Assembly: GCA_964016885.1 (NCBI GenBank)
Contig: OZ024763.1
Location: forward strand, 10,292,001-10,356,000
Source: Eledone cirrhosa
Taxonomy: Eukaryota
Reading direction: 5' to 3'
Length of the DNA: 64,000 bases
Shown here: positions 1 to 16,200 of the stretch, piece by piece
Layout: each line of letters opens with the position of its first letter
Position numbering within the stretch: position 1 is the first letter of the stretch
Made by a program: the position numbers and the translations under genes
Notes under the pieces: model-generated
The model's database searches: none
Seen by the model: the letters and a program-made list of their open reading frames with translations, nothing else
What the model was told of the DNA's origin: nothing

Positions 1-2170
1 TTTTAGCCATTTTAGTCATTTATGCTGCCATCTTAGTCATTTATGATGCCGTTTTAGACATTTTAGTCATTTATGGTGACGTTTTAGTCGTTTATGAAGA
101 CGTTTTAGTCATTTATGATGACGTTTTAGCCAATTTACTTATTTATGATGCCTTCTTAGCCGTTTTAGTCATTTATGATGCCGTTTTAGCCATTTATTAT
201 GCCGTTTTAGCCATTTTAGTCATTTATGGTGACGTTTTAGTCATTTATTATGACGTTTTAGTCATTTATGATAATGTTTTTAGCCATTTTAACCATTTAT
301 GATGCGGTTTTAGCCATTTTATTCATTTATGGTGACGTTTTAGTTATTTATGATGACGTTTTAGTAATTTATGATCACGTTTTGGCCATTTTACACATTT
401 ATGATGCCGTTTTAGTCATTCATAATGTCGTTTTAGCCATTTTAGTCATTTATGATGACGTTTTAGTCATTTATGATGACGTTTCAGCCATTTTACTCAT
501 TTATTATGCCTTTTTAGCCATTTGTGATGACGTTTTAGCCATTTTAGTGATTTATGATGACGTTATAGCCATTTTAGTCATTTATGATGACGTTATAGCC
601 ATTTTAGTCACTTATGATGCCGATTTAGCCATTTCAGTCATTTATAGTGACGTTTTAGTCGTTTATGATGACGTTTTAGTAATTTATGATGGACGTTTTG
701 GGCATTTGACTCATTTATGATGCCGTTTTAGTCATTCATAATGCCGTTTTAGCCATTTTCATCATTTATGATGATGTTTTAGACATTTATGATGAAGTTT
801 CAGCCATTTTATTCATTTATGATGCCTTTTTAGCCATTTTAGCCATTTATGATGCCTTTTTTAGCCATTTTAGTCATTCATGATGCCGTTTTAGCCATTT
901 ATGATGCCGTTTTGCCCATTTCAGTCAATTTTAGTCATTTATGGTGACGTTTTATTCATTTCTGAAGACGTTTTAGTCATTTAGTATGACGTTTTAGCCA
1001 TTTTACTCATTTATGATGCCTTTTCAGCCGTTTTAGTCATTCATGATGCCGTTTTCGCGATTTTAGCCATTTATGATGCCGTTTCAGTCATTAATGGAGA
1101 CGTTTTACTCATTTATGATGACGTTTTAGCCATTTTAGTCATTTATTATGCCGTTTTAGGTCATTTATAATGCCGTTTTAGGCCATTTGACTCATTTATG
1201 ATGCCGTTTTAGTCATTCATAATGCCGTTTTAGCCATCTTCATCATTTATGATGATGTTTTAGACATTTATGATGACGTTTTAGCCATTTTAGTCATTTA
1301 TGTTTGACGTTTTAGTCATTCATGATGAAGTTTATTCATTTATGATAATGTTTTAGCCATTTTACTCATTTATGATGCCTTTTAAGCCATTTTAGTCATT
1401 TATGATGCCGTTTTAGCCATTTTACCCATTTATGATGCCGTTTTTAGCTATTTTAGTCAATTATGATACCGTTTTAGACATTTTAGCCATATATGATGCC
1501 GTTTTAGCTATTTTAGTCATTTATGGTGACGTTTCAGCCATTTTACTCATTTATGATGCCTTTTAAGCCATTTATGATGACGTTTTAGTCATTCATAATG
1601 CCGTTTTAAAACATTTTAGTCAATTTATGATGACGTTTTAGTCATTCATAATGCCGTTTTAAACATTTTAGTCATTTATGATGACGTTTTAGTCATTTAT
1701 GATGCCTTTTTAGCCATTTTAGTCATTTATAATGCCGTTTTAGTAAAATATACTCATTTATGGTGAGATTTTAGTCATTTATGATGACGTTTTAGCCATT
1801 TTTAGCCATTTATGATGCCGTTTTAGCTGTTTTACTCATTTATGATGCCGTTTTAGCTATTTTAGCCATTTATGATGCCGTTTTAGCCGTTTTACTTATT
1901 TATGATGCCTTTTTAGCCATTTATGGTGAGGTTTTAGTCATTTATGATGACGTTTTAGCCATTTTTACTCATTTATGATGCCTTTTTAGCCATTTTAGTC
2001 ATTTATGATGCCGTTTTAGACGTTTTAGCCATATACGATGCCGTTTTAGCCATTTTAGTCGTTTATGGTAACGTTTGAGTCATTTATGATGACGTTTTGG
2101 CCATTTTACTCATTTATGATGCCGTTTTAGTCATTCATAAAGCTGTTTTAGCCATTTTTATCATTTATGA
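1..2170 (+). repeat. Degenerate satellite A made of TTTTAGCCAT / TTTTAGTCAT / TTATGATG(A/C)CG subunits
   Basis: Continuous irregular concatenation of 10-11-bp subunits. ORF 268..720 is a by-product of the repeat. Confidence 0.95.
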
Positions 2171-2580
2171 CTAAAATGGCTAAAACGGCATTATGAATGA
2201 CTTTAAACGGCATCATAAATGAGTAAAATTGCTGAAACGGCATTATGAATGACTAAAACGTCACCATAAATGACTAAAACGTCAACATAAATGACTAAAA
2301 CGTCACCATAATGAGTAAAATGGCTAAAACGGCATTATAAATGGCTAAAACGTCCATCATAAATGACTAAAATGTCACCTTAAACGACTAAAATGGCTAA
2401 AAAGGCATCATAAATGTGTAAAATGGCTAAAACGTCATCATAAATGTTTAAAACGTCACCATGAATGAGTAAAATGGCTAAAACAGCATCATAAATGGCT
2501 CAAATGGCTAAAACGGCATCATAAATGACAAAAATGGCTAAAAAGGCATCATAAATGATTAAAATGGCTAAAACGTCATC
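2171..2580 (-). repeat. Satellite A in inverted orientation
   Basis: Switch to the reverse complement (ATGGCTAAAA, CGTCATCATAA) after TCATTTATGA at 2161-2170. Confidence 0.95.
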
Positions 2581-3568
2581 AATATTTAATGCAGAAATGG
2601 CTTCTACCGCACTAATTTAATGGAAATAGTAGTGTATATGCAATATTTAATACAGAAATGGCTTCTACCGCACTAATTTGATGGAAATAGTAGTGTATAT
2701 GCAATATTTAATGCAGAAATGGCTTCTACCGCACTAATTTGATGGAAATAGTAGTGTATATGCAATATTTAATACAGAAATGGCTTCTACCGCACTAATT
2801 TGATGGAAATAGTAGTGTATATGCAATATTTAATACAGAAATAGCTTCTACCGCACTAATTTGGTCGAAATAGTAGTGTATATGCAATATTTAAAACAGA
2901 AATAGCTTCTACCGCACTAATTTGATGGGAATATTAGTGTATATGCAATATTTAATACAGAAATGGTTTCTACCACACTAATTTGATGGAAATAGTAGCG
3001 TATATGCAATATTTAATACAGAAATGGCTTCTACCGCACTAACTTGATGGGAATATTAGTGTATATGCAATATTTAATACAGAAATGGCTTCTACCGCAC
3101 TAATTTGATGGAAATAGTAGTGTATATGCAATATTTAATACAGAAATGGCTTCTACCGCACTAATTTGATGGAAATAGTAGTGTATATGCAATATTTAAT
3201 GCAGAAATGGCTTCTACCGCACTAATTTGATGGAAATAGTAGTGTATATGCAATATTTAATACAGAAATGGCTTCTACCGCACTAATTTGATGGAAATAG
3301 TAGTGTATATGCAATATTTAATACAGAAATAGCTTCTACCGCACTAATTTGGTCGAAATAGTAGTGTATATGCAATATTTAATGCAGAAATGGCTTCTAC
3401 CGCACTAATTTGATGGAAATAGTAGTGTATATGCAATATTTAATACAGAAATGGCTTCTACCGCACTAATTTGATGGAAATAGTAGTGTATATGCAATAT
3501 TTAATGCAGAAATGGCTTCTACCGCACTAATTTGATGGAAATAGTAGTGTATATGCAATATTTAATAC
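2581..3568 (+). repeat. 61-bp satellite B, ~16 monomers, embedded in satellite A
   Basis: Same monomer as 4258-31282, with local variants (TTGGTCGAAA, GGGAATATTAG). Confidence 0.95.
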
Positions 3569-4057
3569 GTTTTAGCCATTTTAGAGTCGTTTTAGTCATC
3601 TATGATGCTGTTTTTTCCCATTTTAGGCATTGATGATGACGTTTTAGCCATTTAAGAGTCATTTTCGTCATTTATGACGCCATTTTAGTAATTAATGATG
3701 CCGTCTTAGACATTTTGGAGTAATTTTAGTCATTTATGATGCCGTTTTAGCCATTTTAGACTCATTTTAGTCATTTAAAATGCCGTTTTAGCTATTTTAG
3801 AGTCGTTTTAGTCATCCATGATGCTGTTTTAGCCATTTAAGGGTCATTTTCGTCCATTTATGATGCCATTTTAGTCATTTATGATGCCGTTTTAGCCATT
3901 TTGGTGGAATTTTAGTCATTTATGATGCCGTTTTAGCCATTTTAGACTCATTTTAGTCATTTATATTGCTGTTTTACCTATTTTAGTCCATTTATAATGA
4001 CGTTTTAGCCATTTTAGAGTCATTTTAGTCATTTATGATGTTGTTTTAGCCATTTTT
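3569..4057 (+). repeat. Satellite A variant with TTTTAGAGTCAT-type subunits
   Basis: Same subunits as 1-2170 plus a GA-inserted variant. Confidence 0.9.
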
Positions 4058-4257
4058 NNNNNNNNNNNNNNNNNNNNNNNNNNNNNNNNNNNNNNNNNNN
4101 NNNNNNNNNNNNNNNNNNNNNNNNNNNNNNNNNNNNNNNNNNNNNNNNNNNNNNNNNNNNNNNNNNNNNNNNNNNNNNNNNNNNNNNNNNNNNNNNNNNN
4201 NNNNNNNNNNNNNNNNNNNNNNNNNNNNNNNNNNNNNNNNNNNNNNNNNNNNNNNNN
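4058..4257. other. Assembly gap (200 N)
   Basis: Run of N. Confidence 1.
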
Positions 4258-7200
4258 TTGATGGAAATAGTAGTGTATATGCAATATTTAATACATAAAT
4301 GGCTTCTACCTCACTAATTTGATGGAAATAGTAGTGTATATGCAATATTTAATACAGAAATGGCTTCTACCGCACTAATTTGATGGAAATAGTAGTGTAT
4401 ATGCAATATTTAATGCAGAAATGGCTTCTAACGCACTAATTTGATGGAAATAGTAGTGTATATGCAATAATTAATAGAGAAATGGCTTCTACCGCACTAA
4501 TTTGATGAAATAATAGTGTATATGCAATATTTAATGCAGAAATAGCTTCTACCGCACTAATTTGATTGAAATATTAGTGTATATGCAATATTTAATGCAG
4601 AAATGGCTTCTACCGCACTAATTTGATGGAAATAGTAGTGTATATGCAATATTTAATGCAGAAATGGCTTCTACCGCACTAATTGATGGAAATAGTAGTG
4701 TATATGCAAAATTTAATGCAGAAATGGCTTCTACCGCACTAATTTGATGGAAATAGTCGTGTATATGCAATATTTAATACAGAAATGGCTTCTACCGCAC
4801 TAATTTGAAAGGAAATAGTAGTGTATATGCAAATATTTAATACAGAAATGGCTTCTACCGCACTAATTGATGGAAATAGTAGTGTATATGCAATATTTAA
4901 TACAGAAATGGCTTCTACCGCACTAATTTGATGGAAATAGTAGTGTATATGCAATATTTAATACAGAAATGGCTTCTACCGGCACTAATTTGATGGAAAT
5001 AGTAGTGTATATGCAATATTTAATACAGAAATGGCTTCTACCGCACTAATTTGATGGAAATAGTAGTGTATATGCAATATTTAATACAGAAATGGCTTCT
5101 GCCGCACTAATTTGATGGAAATAGTAGTGTATATGCAATATTTAATGCAGAAATGGCTTCTACCGCACTAATATGATGGAAAATAGTAGTGTATATGCAA
5201 TATTTAATACAGAAATAGCTTCTACCGCACTAATTTGATGGAAATAGTAGTGTATATGCAATAATTAAGGCAGAAATGGCTTCTACCGCACTAATTTGAT
5301 GGAAATAGTAGTGTATATGCAATATTTAATGTAGAAATGGCTTCTAACGCACTAATTTGATGGAAATAGTAGTGTATATGCAATATTTAATACAGAAATG
5401 GCTTCTACCGCACTAATTTGATGGAAATAGTAGTGTATATGCAATATTTAATGCAGAAATGGCTTCTAACGCACTAATTTGATGGAAATAGTAGTGTATA
5501 TGCAATATTTAATACAGAAATGGCTTCTACCGCACTAATTTGATGGAAATAGTAGTGTATATGCAATATTTAATACAGAAATGGCTTCTACCGCACTAAT
5601 TTGATGGAAATAGTAGTGTATATGCAATATTTAATACAGAAATGGCTTCTACCGCACTAATTTGATGGAAATAGTAGTGTATATGCAATATTTAATGCAG
5701 AAATGGCATCTACCGCACTAATTTGATGAAATAGTAGTGTATATGCAATATTTAATACAGAAATGGCTTCTTACCGCACTAATTTGATGGAAATAGTAGT
5801 GTATATGCAATATTTAATACAGAAATGGCTTCTACAGCACTAATTTGATGGAAATAGTAGTTTATATGCAATATTTAATGCAGAAATGGCTTCTACCGCA
5901 CTAATTTGATGGAAATAGTAGTGTATATGCAATATTTATTGCAGAAATGGCTTCTACCGCACTAATTTGATGGAAATAGTAGTGTATATGCAATATTTAA
6001 TGCAGAAATGGCTTCTACCGCACTAATTTGATGGAAATAGTAGTGTATATGCAATATTTAATGCAGAAATGGCTTCTACCGCACTAATTTGATGGAAATA
6101 GTAGCGTATATGCAATATTTAATACAGAAATGGCTTCTACCGCACTAATTTGATGGAAATAGTAGTATATATGCAATATTTAATACAGAAATGGCTTCTA
6201 CCGCACTAATTTGATGGAAATAGTAGTGTATATGCAATATTTAATACAAAAATGGCTTCTACCGCACTAATTTGATGGAAATAGTAGTGTATATGCAATA
6301 TTTAATACAGAAATGGCTTCTACCGCACTAATTTGATGGAAATAGTAGTGTATATGCAATATTTAATGCAGAAATGGCTTCTACCGCACTAATTTGATGG
6401 GAATAGTAGTGTATATGCAATATTTAATGCAGAAATGGCTTCTACCGCACTAATTTGATGGAAATAGTAGTGTATATGCAATATTGAATGCAGAAATGGC
6501 TTCTACCGCACTAATTTGATGGAATAGTAGTGTATATGCAATATTTAATACAGAAATGGCTTCTACCGCACTAATTTGATGGAAATATTAGTGTATATGC
6601 AATATTTATTGCAGAAATGGCTTCTACCGCACTAATTTGATGGAAATAGTAGTGTATATGCAATATTTAATACAGAAATGGCTTCTACACGCACTAATTG
6701 ATGGAAATAGTAGTGTATATGCAATATTTAATACAGAAATGGCTTCTACCGCACTAATTTGATGGAAATAGTAGTGTATATGCAATATTTAATACAGAAA
6801 TGGCTTCTACCGCACTAATTTGATGGAAATAGTAGTGTATATGCAATATTTAATACAGAAATGGCTTCTACCGCACTAATTTGATGGAAATAGTAGTGTA
6901 TATGCAATATTTAATACAGAAATGGCTTCTACCGCACTAATTTGATGGAAATAGTAGTGTATATGCAATATTTAATGCAGAAATGGCATCTGCCGCACTA
7001 ATTTGATGAAATAGTAGTGTATATGCAAAATTTGATACAGAAATGGCTTCTACCGCACTAATTTGATGGAAATAGTAGTGTATATGCAATATTAAATACA
7101 GAAATGGCATCTACCGCACTAATTTGATGGAAATAGTAGTGTATATGCAATATTTAATACAGAAATGGCTTCCACCGCACTAATTTGATGGAAATAGTAG

Positions 7201-10200
7201 TGTATATGCAATATTTAATACATAAATGGCTTCTACCTCACTAATTTGATGGAAATAGTAGTGTATATGCAATATTTAATACAGAAATGGCTTCTACCGC
7301 ACAAATTTGATGGAAATAGTAGTGTATATGCAATATTTAATGCAGAAATGGCTTCTAACGCACTAATTTGATGGAAATAGTAGTGTATATGCAATATTTA
7401 ATAGAGAAATGGCTTCTACCGCACTAATTTGATGAAATAATACTGTATATGCAATATTTAATGCAGAAATGGCTTCTACCGCACTAATTTGATTGAAAAT
7501 ATTAGTGTATATGCAATATTTAATGCAAAAATGGCTTCTACCGCACTAATTTGATGGAAATAGTAGTGTATATGCATTATTTAATGCAGAAATGGCTTCT
7601 ACCGCACTAATTTGATGGAAATAGTAGTGTATATGCAAAATTTAATACAGAAATGGCTTCTACCGCACTAATTTGATGGAAATAGTAGTGTATATGCAAT
7701 ATTTAATACAGAAATGGCTTCTACCGCACTAATTTGAAAGGAAATAGTAGTGTATATGCAATATTTAATACAGAAATGGCTTCTACCGCACTAATTTGAT
7801 GAAATAGTAGTGTATATGCAATATTTAATACAGAAATGGCTTCTACCGCATTAATTTGATGGAAATAGTAGTGTATATGCAATATTTAATACAGAAATGG
7901 CTTCTACCGCACTAATTTGATGGAAATAGTAGTGTATATGCAATATTTAATACAGAAATGGCTTCTACCGCACTAATTTGATGGAAATAGTAGTGTATAT
8001 GCAATATTTAATACAGAAATGGCTTCTACCGCACTAATTTGATGGAAATAGTAGTGTATATGCAATATTTAATGTAGAAATGGCTTCTACCGCACTAATA
8101 TGATGGAAATAGTAGTGTATATGCAATATTTAATACAGAAATGGCTTCTACCGCACTAATTTGATGGAAATAGTAGTGTATATGCAATATTTAATACAGA
8201 AATGGCTTCTACCGCACTAATTTGATGGAAATAGTAGTTTATATGCAATATTTAATGCAGAAATGGCTTCTACCGCACTAATTTGATGGAAATAGTAGTG
8301 TATATGCAATATTTATTGCAGAAATGGCTTCTACCGCACTAATTTGATGGAAATAGTAGTGTATATGCAATATTTAATGCAGAAATGGCTTCTACCGCAC
8401 TAATTTGATGGAAATAGTAGTGTATATGCAATATTTAATGCAGAAATGGCTTCTACCGCACTAATTTGATGGAAATAGTAGCGTATATGCAATATTTAAT
8501 ACAGAAATGGCTTCTACCGCACTAATTTGATGGAAATAGTAGTATATGCTGCAATATTTAATACAGAAATGGCTTTTACCGCACTAATTTGATGGAAATA
8601 GTAGTGTATATGCAATATTTAATACAAAAAATGGCTTCTACCGCACTAATTTGATGGAAATAGTAGTGTATATGCAATATTTAATACAGAAATGGCTTCT
8701 ACCGCACTAATTTGATGGAAATAGTAGTGTATATGCAATATTTAATACAGAAATGGCTTCTACCGCACTAATTTGATGGAAATAGTAGTGTATATGCAAT
8801 ATTTAATACAGAAATGGCTTCTACCGCACTAATTTGATGGAAATAGTAGTGTATATGCAATATTTAATACAGAAATGGCTTCTACCGCACTAATTTGATG
8901 GAAATAGTAGTGTATATGCAATATTTAATACAGAAATGGCTTCTACCGCACTAATTTGATGGAAATAGTAGTGTATATGCAATATTTAATGCAGAAATGG
9001 CTTCTAACGCACTAATTTGATGGAAATAGTAGTGTATATGCAATATTTAATGCAGAAATGGCTTCTATCGCACTAATTTGATGGAAATAGTAGTGTATAT
9101 GCAATATTTAATACAGAAATGGCTTCTACCGCACTAATTTGATGGAAATAGTAGTGTACATGCAATATTTAATACAGAAATGGCTTCTACCGCACTAATT
9201 TGATGGAAATAGTAGTGTATATGCAATATTTAATACAGAAATGGCTTCTACCGCACTAATTTGATGGAAATAGTAGTGTATATGCAATATTTAATGCAGA
9301 AATGGCATCTGCCGCACTAATTTGATGAAATAGTAGTGTATATGCAAAATTTGATACAGAAATGGCTTCTACCGCACTAATTTGATGGAAATAGTAGTGT
9401 ATATGCAATATTAAATACAGAAATGGCATCTACCGCACTAATTTGATGGAAATAGTAGTGTATATGCAATATTTAATACAGAAATGGCTTCCACCGCACT
9501 AATTTGATGGAAATAGTAGTGTATATGCAATATTTAATACATAAATGCTTCTACCTCACTAATTTGATGGAAATAGTAGTGTATATGCAATATTTAATAC
9601 AGAAATGGCTTCTACCGCACTAATTTGATGGAAATAGTAGTGTATATGCAATATTTAATGCAGAAATGGCTTCTAACGCACTAATTTGATGGAAATAGTA
9701 GTGTATATGCAATATTTAATAGAGAAATGGCTTCTACCGCACTAATTTGATGGAAATAATAGTGTATATGCAATATTTAATGCAGAAATGGCTTCTACCG
9801 CACTAATTTGATGGAAATATTAGTGTATATGCAATATTTAATGCAGAAATGGCTTCTACCGCACTAATTTGATGGAAATAGTAGTGTATATGCAATATTT
9901 AATGCAGAAATGGCTTCTACCGCACTAATTTGATGGAAATAGTAGTGTATATGCAATATTTAATGCAGAAATGGCTTCTACCGCACTAATTTGATGGAAA
10001 TAGTCGTGTATATGCAATATTTAATACAGAAATGGCTTCTACCGCACTAATTTGAAAGGAAATAGTAGTGTATATGCAATATTTAATACAGAAATGGCTT
10101 CTACCGCACTAATTTGATGGAAATAGTAGTGTATATGCAATATTTAATACAGAAATGGCTTCTACCGCACTAATTTGATGGAAATAGTAGTGTATATGCA

Positions 10201-13200
10201 ATATTTAATACAGAAATGGCTTCTACCGCACTAATGTGATGGAAATAGTAGTGTATATGCAATATTTAATACAGAAATGGCTTCTACCGCACTAATTTGA
10301 TGGAAATAGTAGTGTATATGCAATATTTAATACAGAAATGGCTTCTACCGCACTAATTTGATGGAAATAGTAGTGCATATGCAATATTTAATGCAGAAAT
10401 GGCTTCTACCGCACTAATATGATGGAAATAGTAGTGTATATGCAATATTTAATACAGAAATAGCTTCTAACGCACTAATTTGATGGAAATAGTAGTGTAT
10501 ATGCAATAATTAAGGCAGAAATGGCTTCTACCGCACTAATTTGATGGAAATAGTAGTGTATATGCAATATTTAATGCAGAAATGGCATCTACCGCACTAA
10601 TTTGATGAAATAGTAGTGTATATGCAAGATTTGATACAGAAATGGCTTCTACCGCACTAATTTGATGGAAATAGTAGTGTATATGCAATATTTAATACAG
10701 AAATGGCTTCTACCGCACTAATTTGATGGAAATAGTAGTGTATATGCAATATTAAATACAGAAATGGCATCTACCGCACTAATTTGATGGAAATAGTAGT
10801 GTATATGCAATAATGGCTTCCACCGCACTAATTTGATGGAAATAGTAGTGTATATGCAATATTTAATACATAAATGGCTTCTACCTCACTAATTTGATGG
10901 AAATAGTAGTGTATATGCAATATTTAATACAGAAATGGCTTCTACCGCACTAATTTGATGGAAATAGTAGTGTATATGCAATATTTAATGCAGAAATGGC
11001 TTCTAACGCACTAATTTGATGGATATAGTAGTGTATATGCAATATTTAATGCAGAAATGGCTTCTACCGCACTAATTTGATGGAAATAGTAGTGTATATG
11101 CAATATTTAATAGAGAAATGGCTTCTACCGCACTAATTTGATGGAAATAGTAGTGTATATGCAATATTTAATGCAGAAATGGCTTCTACCGCACTAATTT
11201 GATGGAAATATTAGTGTATATGCAATATTTAATGCAGAAATGGCTTCTACCGCACTAATTTGATGGAAATAGTAGTGTATATGCAATATTTAATGCAGAA
11301 ATGGCTTCTACCGCACTAATTTGATGGAAATAGTAGTGTATATGCAATATTTAATGCCGAAATGGCTTCTACCGCACTAATTTGATGGAAATAGTCGTGT
11401 ATATGCAATATTTAATACAGAAATGGCTTCTACCGCACTAATTTGAAAGGAAATAGTAGTGTATATGCAATATTTAATACAGAAATGGCTTCTACCGCAC
11501 TAATTTGATGGAAATAGTAGTGTATATGCAATATTTAATACAGAAATGGCTTCTACCGCACTAATTTGATGGAAATAGTAGTGTATATGCAATATTTAAT
11601 ACAGAAATGGCTTCTACCGCACTAATTTGATGGAAATAGTAGTTTATATGCAATATTTAATACAGAAATGGCTTCTACCGCACTAATTTGATGGAAATAG
11701 TAGTGTATATGCAATATTTAATACAGAAATGGCTTCTACCGCACTAATTTGATGGAAATAGTAGTGTATATGCAATATTTAATGTAGAAATGGCTTCTAC
11801 CGCACTAATATGATGGAAATAGTAGTGTATATGCAATATTTAATACAGAAATGGCTTCTACAGCACTAATTTGATGGAAATAGTAGTTTATATGCAATAT
11901 TTAATGCAGAAATGGCTTCTACCGCACTAATTTGATGGAAATAGTAGTGTATATGCAATATTTATTGCAGAAATGGCTTCTACCGCACTAATTTGATGGA
12001 AATAGTAGTGTATATGCAATATTTAATGCAGAAATGGCTTCTACCGCACTAATTTGATGGAAATAGTAGTGTATATGCAATATTTAATGCAGAAATGGCT
12101 TCTACCGCACTAATTTGATGGAAATAGTAGCGTATATGCAATATTTAATACAGAAATGGCTTCTACCGCACTAATTTGATGGAAATAGTAGTATATATGC
12201 AATATTTAATACAGAAATGGCTTCTACCGCACTAATTTGATGGAAATAGTAGTGTATATGCAATATTTAATACAAAAATGGCTTCTACCGCACTAATTTG
12301 ATGGAAATAGTAGTGTATATGCAATATTTAATACAGAAATGGCTTCTACCGCACTAATTTGATGGAAATAGTAGTGTATATGCAATATTTAATGCAGAAA
12401 TGGCTTCTACCGCACTAATTTGATGGGAATAGTAGTGTATATGCAATATTTAATGCAGAAATGGCTTCTACCGCACTAATTTGATGGAAATAGTAGTGTA
12501 TATGCAATATTGAATGCAGAAATGGCTTCTACCGCACTAATTTGATGGAAATATTAGTGTATATGCAATATTTATTGCAGAAATGGCTTCTACCGCACTA
12601 ATTTGATGGAAATAGTAGTGTATATGCAATATTTAATACAGAAATGGCTTCTACCGCACTAATTTGATGGAAATAGTAGTGTATATGCAATATTTAATAC
12701 AGAAATGGCTTCTACCGCACTAATTTGATGGAAATAGTAGTGTATATGCAATATTTAATACAGAAATGGCTTCTACCGCACTAATTTGATGGAAATAGTA
12801 GTGTATATGCAATATTTAATACAGAAATGGCTTCTACCGCACTAATTTGATGGAAATAGTAGTGTATATGCAATATTTAATACAGAAATGGCTTCTACCG
12901 CACTAATTTGATGGAAATAGTAGTGTATATGCAATATTTAATACAGAATGGCTTCTACCGCACTAATTTGATGGAAATAGTAGTGTATATGCAATATTTA
13001 ATACAGAAATGGCTTCTACCGCACTAATTTGATGGAAATAGTAGTGTATATGCAATATTTATGCAGAAATGGCTTCTAACGCACTAATTTGATGGAAATA
13101 GTAGTGTATATGCAATATTTAATGCAGAAATGGGCTTCTATCGCACTAATTTGATGGAAATAGTAGTGTATATGCAATATTTAATACAGAAATGGCTTCT

Positions 13201-16200
13201 ACCGCACTAATTTGATGGAAATAGTAGTGTACATGCAATATTTAATACAGAAATGGCTTCTACCGCACTAATTTGATGGAAATAGTAGTGTATATGCAAT
13301 ATTTAATACAGAAATGGCTTCTACCGCACTAATTTGATGGAAATAGTAGTGTATATGCAATATTTAATGCAGAAATGGCATCTGCCGCACTAATTTGATG
13401 AAATAGTAGTGTATATGCAAAATTTGATACAGAAATGGCTTCTACCGCACTAATTTGATGGAAATAGTAGTGTATATGCAATATTAAATACAGAAATGGC
13501 ATCTACCGCACTAATTTGATGGAAATAGTAGTGTATATGCAATATTTAATACATAAATGGCTTCTACCTCACTAATTTGATGAAATAGTAGTGTATATGC
13601 AATATTTAATACAGAAATGGCTTCTACCGCACTAATTTGATGGAAATAGTAGTGTATATGCAATATTTAATGCAGAAATGGCTTCTAACGCACTAATTTG
13701 ATGGAAATAGTAGTGTATATGCAATATTTAATAGAGAAATGGCTTCTACCGCACTAATTTGATGGAAATAATAGTGTATATGCAATATTTAATGCAGAAA
13801 TGGCTTCTACCGCACTAATTTGATGGAAATATTAGTGTATATGCAATATTTAATGCAGAAATGGCTTCTACCAGCACTAATTTGATGGAAATAGTAGTGT
13901 ATATGCAATATTTAATGCAGAAATGGCTTCTACCGCACTAATTTGATGGAAATAGTAGTGTATATGCAATATTTAATGCAGAAATGGCTTCTACCGCACT
14001 AATTTGATGGAAATAGTCGTGTATATGCAATATTTAATACAGAAATGGCTTCTAACCGCACTAATTTGAAAGGAAATAGTAGTGTATATGCAATATTTAA
14101 TACAGAAATGGCTTCTACCGCACTAATTTGATGGAAATAGTAGTGTATATGCAATATTTAATACAGAAATGGCTTCTACCGCACTAATGTGATGGAAATA
14201 GTAGTGTATATGCAATATTTAATACAGAAATGGCTTCTACCGCACTAATGTGATGGAAATAGTAGTGTATATGCAATATTTAATACAGAAAGGCTTCTAC
14301 CGCACTAATTTGATGGAAATAGTAGTGTATATGCAATATTTAATACAGAAATGGCTTCTACCGCACTAATTTGATGGAAATAGTAGTGTATATGCAATAT
14401 TTAATGCAGAAATGGCTTCTACCGCACTAATATGATGGAAATAGTAGTGTATATGCAATATTTAATACAGAAATAGCTTCTAACGCACTAATTTGATGGA
14501 AATAGTAGTGTATATGCAATAATTAAGGCAGAAATGGCTTCTACCGCACTAATTTGATGGAAATAGTAGTGTATATGCAATATTTAATGCAGAAATGGCA
14601 TCTACCGCACTAATTTGATGAAATAGTAGTGTATATGCAAGATTTGATACAGAAATGGCTTCTACCGCACTAATTTGATGGAAATAGTAGTGTATATGCA
14701 ATATTTAATACAGAAATGGCTTCTACCGCACTAATTTGATGGAAATAGTAGTGTATATGCAATATTAAATACAGAAATGTCATCTACCGCACTAATTTGA
14801 TGGAAATAGTAGTGTATATGCAATAATGGCTTCCACCGCACTAATTTGATGGAAATAGTAGTGTATATGCAATATTTAATACATAAATGGCTTCTACCTC
14901 ACTAATTTGATGGAAATAGTAGTGTATATGCAATATTTAATACAGAAATGGCTTCTACCGCACTAATTTGATGGAAATAGTAGTGTATATGCAATATTTA
15001 ATGCAGAAATGGCTTCTAACGCACTAATTTGATGGATATAGTAGTGTATATGCAATATTTAAGCAGAAATGGCTTCTACCGCACTAATTTGATGGAAATA
15101 GTAGTGTATATGCAATATTTAATAGAGAAATGGCTTCTACCGCACTAATTTGATGGAAATAGTAGTGTATATGCAATATTTAATGCAGAAATGGCTTCTA
15201 CCGCACTAATTTGATGGAAATATTAGTGTATGTGCAATATTTAAATGCAGAAATGGCTTCTACCGCACTAATTTGATGGAAATAGTAGTGTATATGCAAT
15301 ATTTAATGCAGAAATGGCTTCTACCGCACTAATTTGATGGAAATAGTAGTGTATATGCAATATTTAATGCGAAATGGCTTCTACCGCACTAATTTGATGG
15401 AAATAGTCGTGTATATGCAATATTTAATACAGAAATGGCTTCTACCGCACTACTTTGAAAGGAAATAGTAGTGTATATGCAATATTTAATACAGAAATGG
15501 CTTCTACCGCACTAATTTGATGGAATAGTAGTGTATATGCAATATTTAATACAGAAATGGCTTCTACCGCACTAATTTGATGGAAATAGTAGTGTATATG
15601 CAATATTTAATACAGAAATGGCTTCTACCGCACTAATTTGATGGAAATAGTAGTGTATATGCAATATTTAATACAGAAATGGCTTCTACCGCACTAATTT
15701 GATGGAAATAGTAGTGTATATGCAATATTTAATACAGAAATGGCTTCTACCGCACTAATTTGATGGAAATAGTAGTGTATATGCAATATTTAATGTAGAA
15801 ATGGCTTCTACCGCACTAATATGATGGAAATAGTAGTGTATATGCAATATTTAATACAGAAATGGCTTCTACAAGCACTAATTTGATGGAAATAGTAGTT
15901 TATATGCAATATTTAATGCAGAAATGGCTTCTACCGCACTAATTTGATGGAAATAGTAGTGTATATGCAATATTTATTGCAAAAAATGGCTTCTACCGCA
16001 CTAATTTGATGGAAATAGTAGTGTATATGCAATATTTAATGCAGAAATGGCTTCTACCGCACTAATTTGATGGAAATAGTAGTGTATGCAATATTTAATG
16101 CAGAAATGGCTTCTACCGCACTAATTTGATGGAAATAGTAGCGTATATGCAATATTTAATACAGAAATGGCTTCTACCGCACTAATTTGATGGAAATAGT

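Noticed and set aside
268-720. 150-aa hydrophobic ORF
   Set aside because: Translation of satellite A.
1-2580. Telomeric repeat (TTTTAG-containing)
   Set aside because: Not the molluscan TTAGGG repeat; irregular longer subunits.
4258-4318. Complete hammerhead in the monomer on the plus strand (TTGATG-GAAA resembles a collapsed CTGATGA..GAAA)
   Set aside because: Lacks C3, A9 and stem II, and has no convincing stem I or III.
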